Below, in pieces: positions 50,901 to 63,529 of a DNA stretch of 64,000 nucleotides. The DNA is taken from NCBI GenBank assembly GCA_002633005.1, contig NMRA01000061.1, positions 62,001 through 126,000 on the forward strand, in the 5' to 3' direction. Within the stretch, counting starts at the first letter, position 1; every line of letters starts with the position of its first letter. The notes under the pieces are model-generated. The model did not search any database and was not told the DNA's origin. It saw nothing but the letters and a program-made list of their open reading frames with translations. The DNA comes from Phoronis australis. Its lineage: Eukaryota; Animalia; Phoronida. Both the position numbers and the translations under genes were made by a program.

Positions 50901-53900
50901 GAACTGGCTCTAATGTTAGTTTTGGGCCAGTATTTGTCAGCTGATGAAAACTTCCTTCTTTCGTTACCACAGGTTGATGAGCCTGGAAAAGTGTCCGATT
51001 TTGAGGGCAAGAAAGAGGCTGAATTAAAAAGACTCGTTGGACTAAAGGTAATGTTAACGAGGACGTTCTGGTGGGTGGTAGAGTTCATTAAAAATGAATT
51101 GTAGGACAACCAAAACGTCAAGGCATGCCGTATGGTGATGAAATTGTGATCAAGTCAAGGCGTCTCTTGACGAAACTGTCAACGGAAGGTTTCTGTATAA
51201 GGTTTTGGCTATATTACTAGAAATTTATTTGTTTCGTATTGTCTCTATGTTGTCTGAATTTTTTTAATCTTATCAAATTTGTAAATTCTTAATGCTTGTT
51301 TTACTTCGAAGTAGATATCCTAATTACATTTTATTGCAGGTTCAAACGTTTGTGGCTTATCTGTTGATTACAGCTTTCCTGACAATCCACAGCTGAATGC
51401 TTAGCCTTCTTTCCAGGAAAGAGTCGACAAGCTCTCCAATCAGTTGGTACCGGATGAGGTGGAGGAGGACTATTTGAGGAAGATGAAGAAACGCGAAGGT
51501 GCCTACGAAAGTGAGTCAGTGATGGACGAAGACGAGGATGAGGAGGATGAAGATGAAGAGGAAGAGGAAGAAGATAATGATTATGATGATGAAGGTACAC
51601 CTCTTCCTTAATGCATTTATGATTCATGGTGATGAAGGTGCATCTCTTTTTTGAAGGTATTTATAATCCAAGATGATTGTCTAAATGCAGTGCCGGTCTT
51701 GGTGTAAAGTAGTGACCAACATAACAACATGCAAACAATTTATGAAACACCTGATGAATGAGCTGCATTGTAGGAAATTGTCGTAACAGTGTAAAACTGC
51801 ACCATTTCATCGCTGTTTTGCGGTCTAAGTTGAATTCTAAACTGAGGTGCTTTGAGGTATAGACCCTATTCACGCCGACAGGAGGCGCGTTCCAAAACGA
51901 GGCTCGCTACGATAGCTCTGGTCGCTTATCCGCGTAGTTGTACTCCGCGTTACTCGAACAGCTAGAAAAAATACGGACACTCTGTTTTACAATCCCTAAG
52001 GACGTTGGGATTCGGAAGCATTGGGTCCTTGCCATACGCCGCGACGAAGGAAAATATGTCCGTGTAAAATTGTAAAACTGTTTTCGAATCATAATTTGGC
52101 GCATCTCGGACTGAATGCCGCCATAGCAAAGAGGACCGGAGAATCTTCGGCCAGCCAGGCTGTGTTTTCATGACTATGGGTTGAAGCGCGATACATTTTT
52201 CTTTACAAAAAGGACAAGGCCCTCAATCCCTCAATTTTGAGACCAAATATCGGCCCTATTCCCCTCTCAAAAATATTGAAAAATCACGCGAAATTCCCGG
52301 CCACGAGGCCTAAAAATCCCTTTGTGATTGAAAATTTCTCTCCAACGGTTCAAATCACCTGTGATTACAGAGGTGACAATTTGAAAAAGTACAAAATCAT
52401 AGGCGGATTGTCGCAAGCAAAATAAACTAGCAAAGCGTGAAGAGTTCGAGCTAGAACCGGTAGCGGACGAGGGGGAAAACACGTTCCGTTTTAGTTTTTT
52501 CTTAGTCCAACGACAGATTTCCTGAGCGGAAGGTATACATCCTGGGCGCCGGCAACTTCCGGGCCGCCTGCGTGGATGTCGACCCCCCCCCCTCACTAGG
52601 CCTATATGGTATCCTAGATCAGCCACTGAAAATGCTACTTGAGACAGAGCTATGAGAGCTTGCAAAAGGGCGGGGTGCTATTGATGGTGATCGGGAGGTC
52701 AGTAGAGTTTTCACTGACCCGTCACTCGGCGAAACGTTCCCCTCTCAGAAGGCCGCACACACATGAGGCACCTTTCCCCTCGGATATGAACGAGGCCTAT
52801 GAAGAAACATGATAACTATGCTTGTTCCAGGGGGGATTCAGGACTTTGAGTTTGGGGGGGGGCACGGCAGAGTATTAGCCAGGATTTGGTCCGTCAGAAA
52901 TTCGCGCTCCTGAACTGCCAAATGGAATCTGGGAGAATTTTAGGGGGGGCAGGGGTATAGCCCTTTGGCTCCCTATAAATCTGGCACTGTGTTCTGTCCA
53001 GTTAACTGAAATTGAGCTCTAAAACGAGGTTGTGCTTTGGACGAAAGAATTAGGTGTTTTAATTTTAAAATTCAACTTGGTCGAGATTGATATTTGAAAA
53101 TATAACACATGAAATAGACGTAATTATTAAAACCAAGAAAGCAGAATTGATGGTCATATAATTTTTATTTTCAATTGCGAGCCTAGTTTTTTATCGTAAT
53201 CAAAATATATATCTAATAACATCAAGTATTATTTCAGATCAATGACAAATCAACTGTTAGTCCCGGTAGTGCCTACCTCACCAGGACCTAGGCTATGCTT
53301 GAAGCTAATAAGCCTACTCTTGATCAACAAATTAAACCAGATGAGACTAATTGCACATGACAGCAAAATGCTATGAGCCACCACTGTCGAATATATCTTC
53401 AACTCGTCAACGATACCACCAGATGACCTGGTTCGTGTAGAAAGCATTTTTATCAAGAATTTATTAGAAGAAAAGTAACCCTGCATTCAGCGTGATACCT
53501 AATTCGTGACACTACGATCGCCGCAATTTGGTCATGTTTACTTTTCATGTTTCGAACCTAGTTTTCCGGATAAAAACCTATATCCTTTCGTCAGACATCT
53601 CTTTGGTGCATTGACTTGTTCTTTAACTGTATTTTTCTACGTCTCTGTGGTTAATTATTGACACATTTTTTAAGATTTAATATTCAGGTTGGACTCCAAA
53701 GACCGGCCATTTAACTCACGCAATGTAAATTTCCGCTTTGTTTATCGCAGTAAGCCTCGCTTTGGATTTTAATGTCCGCCGCGTGAATAGAGTCTATTAA
53801 AGCATTACCATGCTCGTCTGACCTCAAATAATGTGCTGAGTAAACGGGCAATGCGTATATGCAGCAATTTTCGAATTCGCAGTTTTTGGGTTGGTCAACT

Positions 53901-56900
53901 CCATTGAACTCTGAAGCATTTTCTTGCGTCGGTGATGATTTGATGCTCTTGCTAGTAATGGAAGCGGAATTAAATCACGTTATAGAACAAGACCTGTTTG
54001 ATGGCAATAAAGGGTCTAATTCAATTTTTATGTTTTAGTCAGCTAAACTGAGTGAGATGCAGCCTTAACGTGTCTGTGCAGCAATCTGAAGCAATACTTT
54101 GTCTCTTGTACTTCTTTGTGTTTGCTTTCACATCCTTCCCATAACTCTTCTCCTCTCCTTTTCTATCCTTCTGTCAATCCTTTCTGTTCTGCCCTGTCCC
54201 AGCTTCTGACAATCCCAATGATCAGGGTCGTTATCTGGGACATCTCTGTACAAACCAGAACAACAGAAGCTTGACTAAGAAACGTCGTAAAGGTAGGAGA
54301 CAACAGTGGAAGACCTAGTACTTGTAATTTGCAGGTGCTTTGGTTAAAATACTCTTAATTCCTGCATTAGCTTCATTGGTGAAAGACGACACATTAAATA
54401 GTTCATATTAAGAAAATGAAATTTAAAGGCGAAATTCAATTTTTGAAGATTACAGTCGAAAATTTGGTTTCCACCTTTGGCTAATGTAAACGTCGTGTGC
54501 TAATGTTGTGAATTCGACACAGTTGCTTGTTGTTGTGTACTAATAATTAACATGCATTATGTTCTGTTATACTGCCTAATTCCTGTAGTTTTGACTATCA
54601 TGGGGTACTTCATGTGGAGAAAAATGGTGCTCTCTATGGACTTTCCCAGCCGCAACGAGGCGGACTATGATCCCATACCTCGTCGGACAAACCTGCGTGG
54701 ATTTTCCCGACCTTATCACCCAACCGTATCACGTGACCCGATCGATTCGAAAAAGTCACCATCATCTGGCAATTCACCATCGCCTGGCAATTCACCAAGT
54801 TCTTCTACCTCGAGACGATCACGTGTCTCCTTTTCGTCTGAACCGGTCGGTTTTAAGTACCGTAAGACAGCCATGTCAACGGATGGTACTATCGATCCAT
54901 TTCCTGACCACATCGTTAGACCCTATCCGTCTCAGTACGGCCATACTGGAAGTACGAAAGGTAGCTGTGTTACAGGCTCTGGTGGAATAACATTGCTGTA
55001 GATAATTGATATCATGTGTCATGGTGATTTAATGTATTTAATTGCCATCTACACTATGCACTTGTCTAATTCTAGGTTATGAAAAACACGACTGTTAAGG
55101 AGAATGTTTTCATTTTGTAGAAAATCCTATTTTTGACTTCTATTTCAAAGGTTATTATAGGTTCATGTTAAACATACAAAATTATACAGTAGAATTTATT
55201 AATCGGGCGGAGAAGCAATCTCTTCCCCCATTGATTTTAAAAGTCATAATTGCTTTGGGTTCGAATGTCCTATGTTGCCTTAGTGAGTTGAATATTCAGT
55301 TCTTCTTGAGCTCATAATTCACATATGATCTTGGAAAGGAACAAGCCCTTACAAATTTTGTGATGTGGTTTGTCTAAATGTTTCGACTCAAATGTGGGTA
55401 GAAATTACTTATATCAGTATTTGTTTTTTATGTCTTTCGACAATCTTCTTTTGTATAGTGATCGCAATTTGTAACAATATTATTATTAGTGTAACACTAT
55501 AAAATCTTTTTCTTCTGTAAGTCAAAGACGATGTGAATCGAATTGGAAAACATACTTGGAGGACATCTAGTGGCGGTGTCCGACCATATCCTGTGCAGAT
55601 GGATAGTGTGTCTCCCGAGGCCTATCTACAGTCACTGCCAGATAACCAACCTATGACGTATGAATACCAGTCACCAGACCTTCCTGACACCCCGTATCCC
55701 ATGACATCAACACCTGGTATTTAGTATCATTAAGATAGCAGCTGAGGCTGTGTGTAGTACTGAATTACAGGATGGCACAAAACTTGTTTTCAAAATCTAG
55801 TGTCCCTGTAAGTGACTAGTGCCAGCTTTGCCATAGTGTTGTATCTTTAATGATAAAAGAAAATAATTGCTACTCAGGGCTAAAATGGTGGAATAATGTT
55901 GAGAAATATTTCAACGCTGACAGAGCGACCCGCCGTCTTATTTGCTCTGGGCATCCACTAGGTGGCATTGTTGTATGGATGAGTTGTGTGTGGAGATTCT
56001 AGGGAGTTAGAATCGTCCACCATCTTTGTTTAGGTTAGAATCATTTTAGCTGTGAGTAAAAGTTTTGCTTTTATTATATAGGAACCGTGGCAGATAAGTT
56101 TTTATCAAATATATCTTCATAGTTTTTTGTAAACTTGGTCACAAAAGTTAATACTTTAAACCTAAAAAATAATTTGTCATGTTTAGCAATGAACCTTTCA
56201 CTACATGAAAATTGAAACTCGATGACCATTGATCAAATAATGTAGAGGCGCTTAGGGTTATTGAAACTACATGGTAGTTGTTTGAAGGCTGTAGAAATAA
56301 AAATGAATGAATTGTGAAGAAGAGTGATGAAAAGAGGTTTCCATAGGAAAAGGACATTGGCTGAATTGTTGTGGACTGTATTCAAACTGATGGATGTGAT
56401 TTGTTGTGAGTACCCTCGTTACACTTTTCATATGGGAAAATTGAATGTTAGTTGAGCGTTTGTGGTTACCAGTAACTGATATCTACCAAACTTGTAGTAC
56501 CTGGTGATGACGTGCAATTTGACTTCGAGTCACCGGCCGTGAACAAAACGTCACCCAAATCTATTCTTAAGTACCGTAACTGGGGACAGGATTTGAGAGG
56601 TAATACACTGCATTTTTCTCAGCGCTAATCCCTAAAGGAAATGTTTCATCAAGTATATTTATTGTGTTGTTTTACTATTCAGCGCTACGCAATTAAAGCA
56701 TTTAGTTTAATTGGCTAGAATTCTCACACTGTGCAATGTAGGTTAATATCCAGTTATCAACCAATAATAGTTTCTTGGTTGACGTTAGACACAAGTGTAC
56801 TATTGAATCCAAAGCCTACTTCAATGCTGGTTAAATCAAAGAATGTGAAATTTTAGTTGACATGTATCCTATTCATTGTTTTGCCGCTGCTGTATTTATG

Positions 56901-59900
56901 TTTACTTGATAAGTATTGTTTTCTTGACAAATATTTTATTTTATATTCACTAAAGAGCAGAAGTATGGGAAATCAGAAGCTAGCGGCATTAAGTCTGCAC
57001 CGACCGACTATTTCTCAGATAGGCTCGAGCAGAGGCAAGGGTTTTCGTTTCAGTCCATGCCTGGAAACGTACGACCGTTCTACAACCCAAAGGCCTATGA
57101 GTGGAGCTCTCGCTCCAGGTCTTCGTCTCCTGACAAAATGTCAGCCAAGGCTGTTGCTGGTATTTAGTCTACTGCTTGGACATTTCAATCAGACAGTGTT
57201 TCTTGTACTGTAGGGTAGGGGTAGGCCAGTGTGGTTATTTAAGTCGTCGATTGTAAAAACGAATTTAACCCGTAAGTGGTGTTTGGATGAATGAATTAAT
57301 TTTAGTGTTTGAAATAATAATTATCCACTCCTTATGTTTTTGCTCATTGGATAATTATATAAAATTTGTAGGGGATAAAACATCTCAACAGGGATCTAAA
57401 ACACCTCGACAGAGCACGACGAAGCCTTTAGGTCATACAAGTACCGTGGACAACAATTCCGTAAAATCCGTATCAGGAAGAGCATCCCCAGAAAAACCCG
57501 ACTCAAAACAGGTCCAGCAAACCAAGTCAACCCCAAGGCAACCCAGCGCTATCAGTCCCTCTGGTTCTACAAAGTTGAAGGATACTATTCCTCAGCAGAC
57601 CTCCCCCGCTAAGTCTGCCACTCTTAAGAAGAGTCCATCACCTGCTAAAACTGATTCGGCAAGACAAATGCAGGGAACCAAGTCTGTAAAAAGAGACTCG
57701 AGTCGTTCTACAAGCCCAACAGGTTCTGCGAAGTTGAAGGGTGGAATTCCTCAACAGACATTTTCTGCCAAGTCTGTAAGCCAAAAGAAGAGTCCAAGCC
57801 TGTCGTCAAAGTCCGGGGCTTTCCCAAAACAAACAAATCAGTCCCACCGTGTCAGCGAGAGTGGATTTGGGTCTTGGCTGACCTGTGACCTTGCTCAAGA
57901 TTCATCCGAAGGTTATCATAAGACCATTGAGTCGAGGCCTAGCTACGATTCCATAGGAGGAAGAATGAGTCGGTTAGATTCCTATCAAGCGTGCAGAAAA
58001 TATCTTAGACCAACAGGTTCTGTCCAATTCCAACGAGATTATGACTTCCATTCTAGGAAGGCCGTTAATGAGAGATGTTCTCCGAATTCTGCTCAAGATA
58101 AAAGTAAAAGCTCATTCACTTCATTAACACAAAGTAAATCTGTACAAATCAAATCCACACCAAACTGCCTGACATCAAAGACCAGTTTACAGTCAGCTGA
58201 GATGAACCAATCCAATCAGAACAAGTCTCAGTTTTATCCATCAAATCCAAACAAATTTCAGTCTTATTCATCCAATCAGAGTGGAGTACAGTTTTACCCG
58301 CCCTATGACAGCGAACTACAATCTGTCCTGTCCAATCAAAACATGACAATGCCATCCGCAGAAGAGATATGCATTTTTAATGCGCGAGACTTTGTGGAAA
58401 ACTCCGCAGAAGATTTGAAAAAACCTAAAAAATCCTGCAGATGTGGAGCTTCTGTAACCAAAAGTGAAATGAAGAAATGTGTATGTAGAAACAACTCGGC
58501 TTCACCTCACAGGCGAGTGAATGACTACCAGATGTTTCCAACATTACGCCCACACAGTAAAGGTAGTCATTATTACATAATCATGCAAATGTAAACACGA
58601 GTTATTCTTTGTTTCGAGTACACTTATTTCATTAAATAATAATCTTTTTTCTCATCATGCAACAGACAAGGAGATCCATTTCAGGAGTATGTGAGATGCC
58701 TTTGCGCGTACAAGATCCTTCTTTGCCAGATGCCAGAGCTCAATCGGAAGCTTTTACCATGTTCTGCAAGTCCATCTTCTTTCATCTGTATCTCTTTCCC
58801 TACCAATGTTCTTGCTTTTTAGAATTATTATTTTTCACCTAGTTCTGTTGAGTTCCACACTAAGTCTAACATGGCATTATAATTTCGCTATGCACCTTGT
58901 GAAATTGCGTATTTAAGTCCCGTCCAACCTGATCAAGGGTTTTGTAGGAGTAATGTGATGTGTAGGCTGGTCTGAGCACGGGAACTCGAACAAGATTCGA
59001 CTTATGTAAGTTTTACTGTTACATTTTATATTTTGAACTTCTTATAATGAACTTTCTTGAAACAATGTGCTTAGATGCTGAAGAAGATGGTGATTATGAT
59101 GATGAAGACGATGAAGAAGAAGAAGAAGACGACGATGATGAAGAAGAATACGAAACAGAGGAAGAAGGTACTGCTTCTGATGGAGACGCCATGTCAGTGG
59201 AAGTGACGAAGGTACTTAATATTTAATATTTATTTAAATTTTTTTTAAAAGACTGGGTGACCACTTCATTGAATACACTGATTTCCAAGTGGTCCCTGTG
59301 GGAAATAATTACATGAAGTAAAATACAGGGACCTATGTACCATTAGATTTAAAAGATTAAGAAATAAAATGAAGTAGTTATAAAAATTAGTTAATATGTA
59401 CAATTTAAGGGTAATCAATCTCGGTGAGGTGTTTCAACTTAACAATTTGTGATTTACAAGTTTAAGCAATGCAGTCGGGGGCTGGAAATGATTCCATGGC
59501 CACGGCTCCAAATGCGAACTACCACCCCATAAACCACGTTCCTTGACCAACAAACACTAAGGCCTCTGTACAAATCCCATACCCCACTCACGCACTTGAA
59601 AATGCTCCGTTAGCGTACCTGGATCCACCAAAGTCTAGTCCCTGACCTCAAAGTCCTGAATGAGGAAACTGCGTTGTCCCGGTGACTGGAGTTTGGTCCC
59701 TGGCTAAGGAGTTTGGTCACCAGATGGAACATTAATTTCTTTTTTCATGGTAGTCTGATACTATGGTTGAAGGGATTGTAACTGGAGTAAAGAAGCACAG
59801 TTATGGAATCGTTTCCACCCCCTGGAAGTTATCTTTTGACAAATTTATTTTGAGCATGCCATCCATTGCAAGCTGATTTTTATTTTCAACTCTGCAAATT

Positions 59901-62900
59901 TGCTAGCTCTTTCAAGAGTTGGACAACATATTAGCAGCCATACAACACGATGTACTTACAGTTGAATAAAAATTTTGCTTTTAATATTAGGTTTTGATTA
60001 ACTCTATCAGAAAGTTTACAGTTAGCCAAACCGAGCTGTTACATTCAGTAAAAGTAGTTGAAAATATTTTTTCATACTTGTGAATTTGTAGAGGGTCAGC
60101 TTTAACTTTTACTGATGTTCCATTGACTGTGTTGTATTACTGTTTTTTTTAAAAACATCAAACATAGTGACTTAAAAGTCTATGTTTGATGAAACACTCC
60201 ACAACAATGAAAAAAATTTAAAACAATTTTAATTGTTTCATTTGAACATGCTTAGTCACTTCTGAGTGATGTTCTGAAATTTGACAAAATTTTCCGAGGT
60301 TATGTCGAATCCCAAGAAATTACCTTGAATCCTTTGCAACGTTTACTATACCTGATTTTATGCAAAAAATCTCATTATAGTACTTCTGTCTGCTTTGTTG
60401 GATCCCAGTGAAATCTTAAAATTTTGCTTTGCAGTTTCTTGATACTTGCTTAATCATGATCCAAAATGTTTTTTCCCAACAAGTTGTTATGAGTGTTTAA
60501 AAGAATTGATTTGATGTCACTTTTGAGTGACTTTTGCTAACACATGTGACTTCTATTACAAGAACAACAGTTGATTAAGGGTCTGTTATAAAATTTTCAC
60601 TCTTATTCCCTGCTCGATAGAGAACTACAAGTAAATTTTAGGCTTTAGAACAACTAATACGTGGTTTTTGACTCAGACTAGGTCCATTAATTTGTTTGTC
60701 ACACGCCGAGTTAGTTTCAGTCGCTTAAGCAGTATGGCCGACAGGAATCACATATGCTTTAGCCGCGCCATTTTTCAATACAAAGAAGCCAAGGAACACG
60801 ATGACCAGTGAAGAATGCAGTTTCTGACACCACAGTGTTTACTGCAGCTGCGTCATCTACACGTTCATCACGCTGTTGTCGTTGGTTTCAATTTTCTCAT
60901 AACATACAGTGCAAGACAAATTAAAAGTGTTCACACAAAATGATCTGAAATTTCCCGTCGTGACGTCTGAGTGGAAGCTGAATTCATCGTCAGAGAAGTC
61001 TTCCCTCATGAAAGTTAGTGAGATGGCTGAGCCATTCTGTTATCTCTCCTAATAGTTAATATCATTGATTTTGTGGTTAACAAATTAATTAGATGTCACA
61101 ACAGTTAAAATGATGTTATGTTTATTACTTTTGTCTTGTGCTGTATTTTGGAATGCATTTTCATCTTGTAGGAACTTGAGTTTGAGCCAGTAAGTTGAGT
61201 GGTTCTTCACGATCCTCATGCAACTGTATTTATGTTTTCGTAGATATCACAAATGCCTTTGATCTCTGTCTTAGTGCAGCATTCACTGTGAAGTTTACAC
61301 GTATTTGATTATCAATGCAACTTGCTTTATTCATTCTTTATTTGCACGCTGTCTTTTTGTTTGTAGAAAAGTGGTTGGAGTGAAACCTAAGTAATATGCT
61401 GTATGTTTGTATGACGTGTACGGTGTCCCCATGTGGTAGCAGCTTCAGATTCATTTAGTGATTTTTTTCTTAGTGTGGCGTGAAATGTTTTTCAACTGTC
61501 TGGCAGAGTGATCCCAGGATTTTTCTTTTTGTGTCCATGAAACGTTGCCTTTTCCAGATGGAACCTTTGTCTGAGGCATACTGTATAAAAAAGCTCAACA
61601 TTTAAACAGCGGTTTGACATGTTGATCATATAGGAGTTCTGTGAGCACCTGTTTTCAATGTCAAAACCTAAAGAGACAAGAAACTTAATTTCAAAATCTA
61701 TTCATAATCGACTTCATCGCATTTGCCTTGTGTTTAATTAGACAGATGTCTTTTTTTCTGAGAAATGTGGCTGTGAATCTATTGTCTCCAAATTTTGTTT
61801 GCCACATACTCTGACCTCCAGCTTAAAATTAATCGGCGCTCCGGAAGTGACCATTTGTCTCTGAAAGTTGTCTAGTTGATTGGTTTTGACTGGCATTAAT
61901 CTTTAGTTTCATCCTGCACTTCTTTGTATTAGGCATTGCCACTCAAACTTCAAGAAACTAGTACAAATAATATTTTGCATTAAAAGTCGATGACCAATAA
62001 CTGCTAGTTAGAACATTTAGTAATTGCTTGAGGGAGCATGGTTGTGTAATGGTTATGTCATGGACCGCCAAATTTGTATGTTCTTAATGCACAAAATCTG
62101 TGGTCTTAAGCACGAGACACAACTTACACTATTGGCCGCGATGTCATTATTCATTAGTGACACCTGGTGTGATTCACTTTTTACTTCTGGCAAGTATGTC
62201 GTCTGCTCACTAGCTGGAGCTGAGTTGTGCACTGGAAGAGAGTGGCACCTCCTCTAGGAACTTCATGAGCAAATATCGTGAGTTTTAAATCTGTTGTCTA
62301 TGTTCTGCAGTTACGTTAACCAGAGTGTGTTTTACGCCAGGTTGTTAAGTATGAAGCGATAAGTGACTACCAGGCCAGGGAGAAGGGTGATCTAAGTTTC
62401 GATGAAGGAGAGATACTTACACTCATCCAGATCAGGTAAGAATAAATTATGTTAATTAATTTCAGTTCAGGTGAGATGGAATTAGCAGTTGTGTATGAAT
62501 TCACTCTAAGTTTTGCAGAACACAATCTGGAACAGTCTCTTAATTTGGGATATTGGAACTGTTGAGAAAATCAAGGCATTGGATATCTTCTGGATGTAAA
62601 ATTGTCTTAACGCCAGTTTTTGTGACCATCATTTTGTCTTTTTAGTAGATTCATCTTTGCATTATTTTGTGTTTGTTGTAACTGGAAAAAAATGAGTAAG
62701 AGAATTCATCAAGTGCTGTGTTTGTGGTAAATCGCGAAAGTTCTAAGTATTAGAGACCCTGGTTTTCCATTTTCAAAAACAGAGGAATCCATTTCAACAT
62801 CAAATTCCTTTATTCCATTTTACTATAATTTTAAAGTGGTGAATGAAAAATTATGCTTTTCTGCTGACTTATGACACTAGTCCGTTTTCTGATAACTTGC

Positions 62901-63529
62901 TGCACGCTATGTTTACTGTTTCTCAAAATTGAAAAAGAGCAGCGCCATCTTCAGAAGTAATGAACAACTACTTGAATGTTCATTGTAAAATGATCATCGC
63001 TTGATTTGTGGCGAGAATTGTTGAATTTGATGAGGTATTTCTTAGTTTTTGATAAGTAATATTAGAAAAATTTAAAAATATTAATAGAAATATTATTACA
63101 GATTATTAAAATTTTTATTTAAACTATTAGAATTGTGGTATGTGTGCCTGAAATATAATTAGTTCTTTCGAAATCTCTTAATTCCATGACAGAATTCAGT
63201 TTCTATGAATTTTGTCCATTTCTATTTTCGCGGAAAACCAGGATCTTCTCATATAATAGAAAAATAGTGTCACGGTTGCTTTACCTCACACACACCACCT
63301 GTTGGTCACACCTTATGACCTAATTATTTTGCGTTTACCCGCACCAGTTTAAATTTACCTTCTTCACATATTAGACTATTAATGCCATGCAATAAAATAA
63401 TATTTGAAATATTAATTGTTTGCAGGGATGACGGCTGGTGGGAGGCTGAGAATGAAGAGGGGGAACGTGGTCTGGTACCTAGCACATATTTAAAAGAATA
63501 CAGTAAATACAGGGACATACAGACAGAGG
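47929..63529 (+). CDS. NPHP1: Nephrocystin-1 (N-terminal coiled-coil, acidic linker, SH3); continues beyond the window
   Basis: Core exons 47929-47994 (MPTKDRGPLFEAQREGDLFKKQ), 49370-49458, 50631-50691, 50973-51047 (VDEPGKVSDFEGKKEAELKRL), 51417-51594 (acidic), 59075-59211 (acidic), then SH3 exons 62341-62435 (YEAISDYQAREKGDLSFDEGEIL) and 63426-63529 (DDGWWEAENEEGERGLVPSTYL). Domain order and N-terminal motifs match recalled human NPHP1. Confidence 0.88.
49473..49853. mobile_element. PIF/Harbinger-like MITE, 14 nt downstream of the NPHP1 exon-2 donor
   Basis: ~85-bp TIRs ggcccggtctccaatc...gcgaactcaagataa / ttatcttaagttcgc...gattagagactgggcc. A second copy lies at 9616-9989. The superfamily is inferred from the GGCCC ends. 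Confidence 0.85.
51859..53797. mobile_element. ~1.9-kb non-autonomous TIR element in NPHP1 intron 5
   Basis: atagaccctattcacgccgac...tccaaaacgaggctcgctacgata pairs with tatcgcagtaagcctcgctttgga...gcgtgaatagagtctat. The interior is CpG-rich with G-run MITE fragments around 52830-52990. Confidence 0.75.
54203..58562 (+). CDS. Block of six in-frame phase-1/phase-1 coding exons inside the NPHP1 acidic linker (Ser/Pro/Lys-rich, likely disordered)
   Basis: Exons 54203-54292 (90), 54589-54960 (372), 55522-55716 (195), 56498-56599 (102), 56956-57159 (204) and 57372-58562 (1191). All are AG/GT-bounded, multiples of 3 and stop-free in the frame shared with the flanking NPHP1 exons. Confidence 0.72.
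59230..59640 (-). mobile_element. Degenerate 3' end of a CR1/L2-type LINE
   Basis: The reverse strand has a decayed gcatttggagccgtggccatggaatcat segment (resembling the L2 'AF..AAP..WN.LP' tail), followed by the stem-loop cagggaccacttggaaatcagtgtattcaatgaagtggtcaccc and an A-rich tail. Confidence 0.45.
61172..61189 (+). CDS. Candidate 18-nt NPHP1 microexon (ELEFEP)
   Basis: ttgtag|GAACTTGAGTTTGAGCCA|gtaagt. Frame-preserving and open in phase 0, with a TGC motif ~16 nt upstream. Confidence 0.5.

Noticed and set aside
51340-51416. Alternative NPHP1 acceptor at 51339
   Set aside because: It gives a TGA in phase 0; the acceptor at 51416 keeps the frame.
52267-52665. 132-aa minus-strand ORF as a transposase
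   Set aside because: No DDE or DNA-binding motifs; it is a GC-rich interior of a non-autonomous element.
55955-55970. CTCF-like motif ccactaggtggca (weaker ones near 27468 and 32549)
   Set aside because: Single short motif matches cannot be supported as functional sites without binding data.
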